Assembly (NCBI GenBank): GCA_965198005.1
Contig: CBDAOI010000001.1
Location: 64,001-128,000 of the forward strand
Direction: 5' to 3'
Source of the DNA: Spirochaetia bacterium
GTDB lineage: Bacteria; Spirochaetota; Spirochaetia; SZUA-6; Bin103
Length of the DNA stretch: 64,000 nt
Of this stretch, positions 57,619 through 64,000 are shown one piece after another (the first letter of the stretch is position 1; each line of letters begins with the position of its first letter). A program made the translations under genes and the position numbers. The notes below the pieces were generated by a model. That model had not been told where the DNA came from, did no database searches, and saw only the letters and a program-made list of their open reading frames with translations.

Positions 57619-57813
57619 GCCGCCCGCACCTTAAGAACGTCCCGGCATGCCGTCAAGCAGCGTCGGGAACTACTGGTGGTGGCGGATGCGGCGGCGCAGG
57701 TCAACTGCCGAGAGGCTGAACATGGCCTGATACTCGGCCAGGGTTCTGCCCCACGGCACCACTTGGTCGATGGAAACTGGCATCCGGGCAGCACCGTGCT
57801 CAGTGCGCGTGCT

Positions 57814-58860
57814 TCAGCCGTTGGGGTTGAGGTGCACTTTGATCGAGTGCGAGGATTTGTCGAGCGCCGCGCCGAAGGCGTCGTGCACGTGGTCGAGATC
57901 GAACCGCTGAGTCACCAGGGAGCGCGCGGCTTCGGCGTTGTCGGCCACGATCTCCATTGCCGTCTGGTAGTCGGCACGGCCGTCGGTGGCCGAGTAGGTC
58001 ATCGAGCCCACGATCTCGACCTCGCGTGCCGCCAGCAGCAGCGGGTTGATGCCCACGGTCGGCACCGTGAACACCCCGATCAGCAGCACCCGTCCCTTGG
58101 GACGCGTGGCGAGCTGCGCCTGCAGCAGGGTGTCGCCGCGGCCGCCGACCGTCTCCACCGACACGTCGATGGCGCGCTGGTCGGCAAGTTCCTGCAACCG
58201 CGCCCGTCCGGCATCGTCGTCGCCGATCACCTCGTCCGCGCCGAGCCGGCGGGCGGCCTCCTGCTGGTGCGGGTGGCGGGCGATGATCAGGGTCATGGCG
58301 CCGGCCGCCTTGGCCACGATCAGGGCGGTGAGGCCGATCGTGCCGGCGCCGATGATCAGCACCGTCTCGCGTGCCCGCAGGCCGATCTTGAGGTAGCCGT
58401 GCACCGAGCAGGCGAGCGGCTCCGCCAGGGCGATTACCTCGGCGTCGGCGCCGGCAGGGGCCTTGTACGCGGTGCGCGCCGGCACCACGGCCAGCTCGCT
58501 CATGCCGCCGCCCCAGGTCTCCCCGACCAGACCGCGTTCGGTGCACACGTGGTAGTTGCCGGTCATGCAGAAGGCGCAGGTCCCACAGCTCAGCAACGGC
58601 TCGATGCCCACCAGATCACCCTCACGGACGTGACTGACGCCGGCCCCAACCGCCGCCACGGTGCCGGCCAGCTCGTGACCGGGCACGATACCCGGCCGCG
58701 CCCGCAGCTCGCCCCGGTAGAAGTGCAGATCCGAGCCGCAGATCCCGGCGCTGCCCACGGCAATCTGAACCTGCCCCGGGCCTGGATCAGGGGCCTCCCC
58801 CTCCCCCACCGCCAGCGAGCGCTCCTCCGTCCATCGTACCGCTTTCACCGTGTGTGCCAT
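57814..58860 (-). CDS. Zn-dependent alcohol dehydrogenase
   Basis: GICGSDLH, GHE, CxxCxxC, GAGTIG. Confidence 0.93.
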   Translation of the reverse strand: MAHTVKAVRWTEERSLAVGEGEAPDPGPGQVQIAVGSAGICGSDLHFYRGELRARPGIVPGHELAGTVAAVGAGVSHVREGDLVGIEPLLSCGTCAFCMTGNYHVCTERGLVGETWGGGMSELAVVPARTAYKAPAGADAEVIALAEPLACSVHGYLKIGLRARETVLIIGAGTIGLTALIVAKAAGAMTLIIARHPHQQEAARRLGADEVIGDDDAGRARLQELADQRAIDVSVETVGGRGDTLLQAQLATRPKGRVLLIGVFTVPTVGINPLLLAAREVEIVGSMTYSATDGRADYQTAMEIVADNAEAARSLVTQRFDLDHVHDAFGAALDKSSHSIKVHLNPNG

Positions 58861-58935
58861 GTCCTGCTCCCTCCGTAGTGCATCCCGTTCGCAGCGCGAC
58901 GTTAGCCGGAACGCAGTCCGCGGTCAACGGAGCGC

Positions 58936-59851
58936 AGCGAGCGGGAGAGCTTTGCGATCCTGGACCGAGCACTGGAATTGGGGATCAATCTGATCGATAC
59001 CGCCGACGTGTACGGCTACGAGCACGGCTACGGCTTGGTCGAGGAGCTGCTCGGCCGCTGGCTGGCCCAGGGCGGCGGCCGGCGTGACGCGGTGGTGCTG
59101 GCGACCAAGGTGTACTCCGCCTTTCTGCGCGAGGGGATGCGGCCCGAGCCCAACCGGGAGAGTCGCGGCATCGGCGCGGTGAAGATCCGGCGGCAGGTGG
59201 AGGGGTCGTTGCGCCGCCTGCAGACCGACACCATCGACCTGTACCAGATGCACCACGTCGATCCGGCGTGCCCGTGGGACGAGGCGTGGCAGGCGTTCGA
59301 CACGCTGGTGCAGCAGGGCAAGGTGACCTACATCGGGTCGTCCAACTTTGGCGGCTGGCACATCGCCACCGCGTGCCAGGAGGCGGCCCGGCGCAACCGC
59401 CTGGGCTTGGTCAGCGAGCAAAGCCGCTACAACCTGGCGACCCGCGAACCGGAGTTGGAGGTGATTCCCGCCTGCCGCCACTACGGCTTGGGGCTGCTGC
59501 CCTACAGCCCGGTCGAGGGAGGAGCGTTGGCCGGCGTGCTCGGCCAACCGGAGGGCCGCCGCCGCTATTCCGCCTACGCACAGCGCGCCGTCACCAGGTA
59601 CGCTGGGCGCCTCCAGCCGTACGAGGACTACTGCGCCGAGCTCGGCGTCGCACCGGCGGAGGTGGCGCTCGCGTGGCTGCTGCACAATCCCGCCGTCACC
59701 GCCCCGATCATCGGCCCGCGCACCATGGAGCAGTTGGAGAGCGCCGTGCGGGCCACCGAGCTGACGCTGGACGAGGCCACCCTCGCCCGCCTGGACGAGA
59801 TCTGGCCGGGCGAGGCCCGGCGGCGAGGCACCGGCCGCTTACGCTTGGTAG
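58936..59851 (+). pseudogene. aldo/keto reductase, N-terminus lost, 4-bp insertion near the C-terminus
   Basis: IDTADVYG, LATK, DLYQMHH; in-frame stop upstream; true end PGGEAPAAYAW* is out of frame. Confidence 0.8.
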
Positions 59852-60289
59852 GCGCGCAGCGAGAAGATCAGCGGGATCGAGTCTTTGTGCTGCGGGAGGC
59901 GCCACCACCCGTCGGCGTCGCGGACCATTCCGGGATACTGTTGAAAGAAACTGAACGGGAATTCGTGAAAGAACTGGAGGCGTAATCCGGCGGCCGCCGG
60001 CGAACAACTGCCCGGCCGGATCCCGAAAGTAGGAATTGCGGACACGCAACTCGTGAGCGTCGCCGTCCCCTTGCGTGTCGAAAACGTGGGACAGGGGGTG
60101 CTGGTCGAGGAGGTAGAAGGTACCGCCCGGCTTGACGAAGTTGGCAACCACCCCGGCCCACGGCACCAGATCGGGGAGCCACACGAGCACGCCCAGGGAG
60201 GTGGTCACCACGTCGAACCGCTGCTCGAGCACCTGCGGCAGATCGTAGACGTCGGAGCGGATGAAGCGGGCATTCAGTCCCAACTCCTT
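59839..60289 (-). pseudogene. class I SAM methyltransferase remnant
   Basis: ARFIRSDVYDL..FDVVTTSLGVLVWLPDL, VKPGG; C-terminus in another frame. Confidence 0.75.
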
Positions 60290-60292
60290 GCT

Positions 60293-60463
60293 GTGAACTG
60301 CCGGGCGAACGAATCCACGGCCGTCTGCGAAACGTCGCAGACAGCCACGAGATCGGTCTGGTCGTTTTGCCGGCAGGCCCTCGCATGTGCCCTTGAGATC
60401 CCTCCCGTTCCGACGATGACTACACGATACTTGTTGATAGGAATACCGTCCCTACCTACCTAG
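60293..60463 (-). pseudogene. Gfo/Idh/MocA oxidoreductase N-terminal fragment
   Basis: YRVVIVGTGGISRAHARAC..LVAVCDV. Confidence 0.7.
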
Positions 60464-60790
60464 GTCTCACACAGCACGTGATCGATGAACACCCGCTCCT
60501 TGGTGAACTGGACGGCGGATCGCTGCAGGTCGATGAACTTGCGCTCTTGCCTTGATGATTCGGTCGGCAGCGGCGCCTTCCGAGGTGGGGTCGCTGTTGG
60601 CCGGGCGCGCCCACCACAGCTCGGCCACCCCCGTGTAGGGCTCCACCTTCGTGCCGCGCGCCTCGCGGAGCTGGTCGGCCAGCTCATGATCGAAGCGGTG
60701 CACCTGGAAGTAGCGCATGATGGAGCCGCTACCGGCCACGCTGCTGCGAAGTACCGGGCCGTGATAGGCGAGCCTGAATGAACTATCATG
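60460..60790 (-). pseudogene. EthD-like protein remnant
   Basis: HGPVL, RYFQVH, YTGVAELWW, ERKFIDLQRS spread over different frames. Confidence 0.65.
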
Positions 60791-60860
60791 TGCGTCTGGA
60801 CCTCTGTCAGCGCCAACCAAGTGTCCTCGGCCCCGGTCCTCGCGCCTGACTCAGCGCGGC

Positions 60861-61277
60861 TCACGTGAACTGGTGCACGGTGAGCCCGGCGACGCGGTCG
60901 AAGTGGCGCGCATCCCCGGTGACGATCGCGTCGCCTCGGGACAGCGCGGTTGCCGCAATGAGCAGGTCCGATGTCGGGATCCTCTGTCCCGCCGCGCTCA
61001 GTTGCGCATCGATCTGCCCGACCACGCGCGCTATGGTGAGGGTGACGGGGAGCACCGGGATCGTCGCCAGCAGCGCCTCGATGAATTCCTCTCGTCTTGC
61101 TCGTTGCGACGGGTGGTCGGCTCGCCAGTAGCCATGAAACAACTCCGCTGCGCTCATCACCGAAACCCACAGTTCGGCGTCACCCCAGCGCTCCATGATC
61201 TCGCTGACAAGTTCCTCCGGCGTGCGGCGGTTGCGTTCGGCGTGGATGCATGCCGTGGAATCGATCAGGAATCCCAA
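60861..61277 (-). CDS. PIN/VapC toxin
   Basis: FLIDST, SAAEL, DLLIAATAL, VTGDARHF. Confidence 0.9.
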   Translation of the reverse strand: MGFLIDSTACIHAERNRRTPEELVSEIMERWGDAELWVSVMSAAELFHGYWRADHPSQRARREEFIEALLATIPVLPVTLTIARVVGQIDAQLSAAGQRIPTSDLLIAATALSRGDAIVTGDARHFDRVAGLTVHQFT

Positions 61278-61579
61278 GAGGAACGCTCCTCGACCGCCTC
61301 GCCAGCCAGGATGTCTCGCAGATCGTTGCCAAAGCGACCGTCGAGCACGACCGGGGATCGATTGCGGAGATGTGCGATGCACTCCGATGCGCGGCGGGGA
61401 GTCACCGGAGGCGGGGCCATGACGCAGACGTCGGTTCCCCGGCGATGGACGAGAAAACGCCCACCCTCCAACTCGATCCGGTCGAGGAGCTTCGAGAACG
61501 AGCGGCTTGCCTCCGTGGCAGATATCCGGTGTTCGCGAGCGCTTTCCGTACGGGACCGTCTGTCTGATTTCGTCGACAT
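61265..61579 (-). CDS. Phd/YefM-like antitoxin
   Basis: ISATEASRSFSKLLDRI; overlaps the toxin. Confidence 0.85.
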   Translation of the reverse strand: MSTKSDRRSRTESAREHRISATEASRSFSKLLDRIELEGGRFLVHRRGTDVCVMAPPPVTPRRASECIAHLRNRSPVVLDGRFGNDLRDILAGEAVEERSSWDS

Positions 61580-61736
61580 GGATCTGATTGTCTCTCGCCG
61601 CCAAGGCGCGTGTCAATTCCCTCGGCCGAGCGCGAGCGGGGTCTCCACCGGTGCCGGCTCCTGCGCTCCGCCGGCTGCCAGCCAGCCACCAACCCACCAC
61701 GGGTCAGAATTCTCAGGATAGACCACAGCGGGCCAC

Positions 61737-61786
61737 GTGAGTGTCCCGCCATACTCTGGCGCGGTCCACGTCATGCCGGTGGTCTC
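61737..61786 (-). pseudogene. orphan SBP fragment
   Basis: ETTGMTWTAPEYGGTLT. Confidence 0.8.
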
Positions 61787-61845
61787 AGTCGGCGTGGGCG
61801 TTGCTCAAGGCGATGTGCTTCGCGGAGGCGCCGCCTGCCGTTCGG

Positions 61846-62491
61846 TCAGGCTCGGACCTTCAGTTGTGACTCCATCCAGAAGTACAGAGCATGCAGCCGG
61901 TTGGGGAACCGGTAGCCGCCGCGCACCTCCGGATCGATCTCCAGCGCGCCGAGATTTCTCATGCGCCGCAGGAAGTTGTCCAACACGCGCCGCTCCTCGT
62001 CTTCCAGACGCGCCCCCAGCTCGCCGCGCTGAAATCTCATGCGTAGCGGTTCGCCCGCCATCTTGCGCAGGATCGACCGGTAGCGATCACTGCTCGACCT
62101 CCTCATCCGACCAGGGGGCAATGTCGATCAGGTCGAAGACCCGAGCCAGAGACGGTTGATGGCGAATCAGGTCCTGGCGTCGCTCTTCCAGTCCGACCAC
62201 CAGGAGGCACAGGCGCGTTTCCTGGTCGGAGGTCGCCACTTCATCGACGATGCTCTTCAGCCAGTGTGCGAAGTCCGCCGAGTTCGCCAGCCCATTGATG
62301 TCGTCCAGAATGAGGAGCAGCGACGTGTTGTCTTCCAGAGAGTTCAGAAGCTGGCGCACGGAGCGTATGAAATTGTCCGAAATCGTGCGCAGATCGTCGT
62401 TGCTCAGCCGCTCGATCGCGTCCCGCCGCCCGACGAAGAACTCGGCCGGCACCGGCTGGCCCGGTCGGAATGGGCTGGCTTCAGGCGTCAC
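61846..62491 (-). pseudogene. P-loop ATPase remnant (Walker A region missing)
   Basis: SPFRPGQPVPAEFFVGR, LLLILDD; C-terminus in another frame. Confidence 0.7.
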
Positions 62492-62654
62492 GCGCTCAGC
62501 TTATGCGACGCGACCGCGGGTGTCGATGGTCACGGCTGCTTCGATTGCCTCGCGTCCCCGCGCCGCTCACACACGGCATTTATGCCGGCTCTTCGACAGA
62601 CATGCAACTACATATCAGTTGCTTGATGCTCGCACCGCGCCCGCGCCGCCGACC

Positions 62655-62760
62655 GCAACCACATCCGAAGCGCCGCTGCTGGCGGTGGCGTGCGGGACGA
62701 CCGCCGAGCAGGTGGAGCGGCTGGTGCGCGGCTGGCGGCGGGTGGACCGGGAGGCAGTGG
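62655..62760 (+). pseudogene. DUF222/HNH-family fragment
   Basis: SEAPLLAVACGTTAEQVERLVRGWRRVDREA. Confidence 0.5.
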
Positions 62761-62853
62761 CGGCCGGCACGGAGTGCACTGCCTCCCAACGGCGCGCCGA
62801 TGCGCTGTGGGGGTTACGAAGTGAGCGAGCCCAAGGGATGTCATTCCAGGGCG

Positions 62854-63177
62854 GTTCACTTCGCGCCGTTCGATGGCGTAGGCCAGTGCGTCCAACGCAT
62901 CGTGCGCCCCTCGCCCCGGTCGAAACCCATAGCTGATCCCGAGAAATTCCTCCTCATAGATCGGAGTCAGGATCACGTCCACGACGGCCTTATGGACAAT
63001 CTTGTCTTCCAGCGCGGCCACCCCCAGCGGTCGTGTGCCCCGTCCGGCTTGTCGATGTCGACCCGCCGTACCGGGGTCGCTCGGTACGCTCCTGTGTGTA
63101 CTCGTCGGTGCAGGTCGTGCAGTCGCCCTTCCAACCCCGTCTCGTACTCCCGCTTGTTCGCCGGCTTCGCCGCTACG
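62854..63177 (-). pseudogene. group II intron RT fragment
   Basis: Near-identical to 6812-7044, plus VAAKPANK joined to REYETGLEGRL; frameshift at KPDG. Confidence 0.9.
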
Positions 63178-63194
63178 GTCATTCCTTCCCCCCG

Positions 63195-63552
63195 GTAGGC
63201 CAACACCGACCGCTCGGCGGACGTCGGGACCTGCCTCACAACTCCACGCTGGGCGGTGGTCGGCCGAGCAACGAATGTGATTGACCGGCAACGCCGGCGG
63301 TGGGTCTTGCCGGCAGTCAGTCGCGGGCGGTCGGTATGCCGGTTGCTCGATGGACCAAGCCGGCGCCGTGCGCGGTGCCGCTGCTCCGCTGGGGAACGCT
63401 AATGTGCGCGCAGGGTCGCACGCGGGGCGATCAGCCGGAGCGGTTAGCGATCTACAGGATGTATGAAAAAGTGTGTGGGGGGGAGGGGGGGCTCCTCACC
63501 ATCAAGCAAGCCCGCCGCGAGCTGATTTTCAGCAATTCGGCCCAACTGCCGA
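63195..63552 (-). repeat. inverted 'head' repeat copy (C7-T-C7 tract on the minus strand)
   Basis: Matches 239-253, 431-550 and 13186-13272. Confidence 0.8.
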
Positions 63553-63640
63553 AGTTTTTTCTCGAGCCGACCGAGGGTTGGGTTGGGAGCAATGAGAAAT
63601 GTGAGTTGAGTTAAGTTAAGTTCGAGGCGCCGCCCAGTGA

Positions 63641-63783
63641 TCAGGGGGCAGGTGGGCGGCGCCGACGCTTGGGCGCGGGGCCGAGGACCGCACGCAGAGC
63701 GGCCTCGATATCGTCGACCATGGCGAGTTCCTGCTCGATCAGGCGAATCACCTCCGCGCGGATCGACAGACCGCGGGTGGCGC
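63641..63783 (-). pseudogene. RHH protein fragment, inverted copy
   Basis: ATRGLSIRAEVIRLIEQELAMVDDIEAALRAVLG. Confidence 0.6.
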
Positions 63784-63894
63784 TGACGGGCCTCCAGACC
63801 CCTGGGGGCACCCCAACAGCAGTGCCAGATAGACGTCTGCGCCGGTATCCAGGAGCAACGGCACGTCGGCGACCCATCTCTCCGCTGTGCACGT

Positions 63895-64000
63895 TAAGGG
63901 CGATGGCATCAGCAGATCGGAACCGATGCGGCGCAGGCAATCGCATAAAGACCGCATAGGTCTCGGCCAAAGAGTGGGCGGCTACGACCAACTCCTCGTT
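63895..64000 (-). pseudogene. PIN-domain fragment
   Basis: VAAHSLAETYAVFMRLP; cut by the window edge. Confidence 0.5.

Noticed and set aside
56653-58878. Long antisense ORFs (741 aa here; also 32785-34470, 41593-43137, 43725-45266)
   Set aside because: High-GC shadow frames opposite well-supported genes.

Overview
High-GC bacterial window; the SBP signal peptides (..TGLWA-AG/GG) resemble spirochaete ones, but that is inference. (1) 1-31.6 kb is a tandem array of four peptide/nickel-type ABC importer units (family-5 substrate-binding protein + DppB-like + DppC-like permease, none with an ATPase). They form two sequence types: A = units 1 and 2 (lower GC), B = units 3 and 4 (host-like GC). Between them lie toxin-antitoxin/Abi-like genes, IS, group II intron and RIT relics, and orphan pieces of the same ABC genes, mostly dppC 3' ends. 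(2) 31.7-52.7 kb is a largely intact metabolic block (CE7 esterase, GH13_18 phosphorylase, threonine aldolase, ABC-2 exporter, VKOR-DsbA, LLM, TPP enzyme, GltS-like, leuB, arfB, dehydrogenases) with one HEPN/MNT pair. (3) 52.8-64 kb mixes intact genes (LarA-like, tRNA-Gly, PhyH, Zn-ADH, Phd/VapC) with decayed ones and ends in an inverted copy of the repeat found at the window start. Best candidate for an undescribed system: a recombining SBP-permease cassette array with no intact integrase in the window. It shows mosaic variable and constant SBP segments, a different TA cargo behind most dppC ends, poly-C tracts and conserved structured leaders upstream, and many internally deleted ('telescoped') remnants. 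All calls were made by eye from motifs and sequence comparison; no database search was run.
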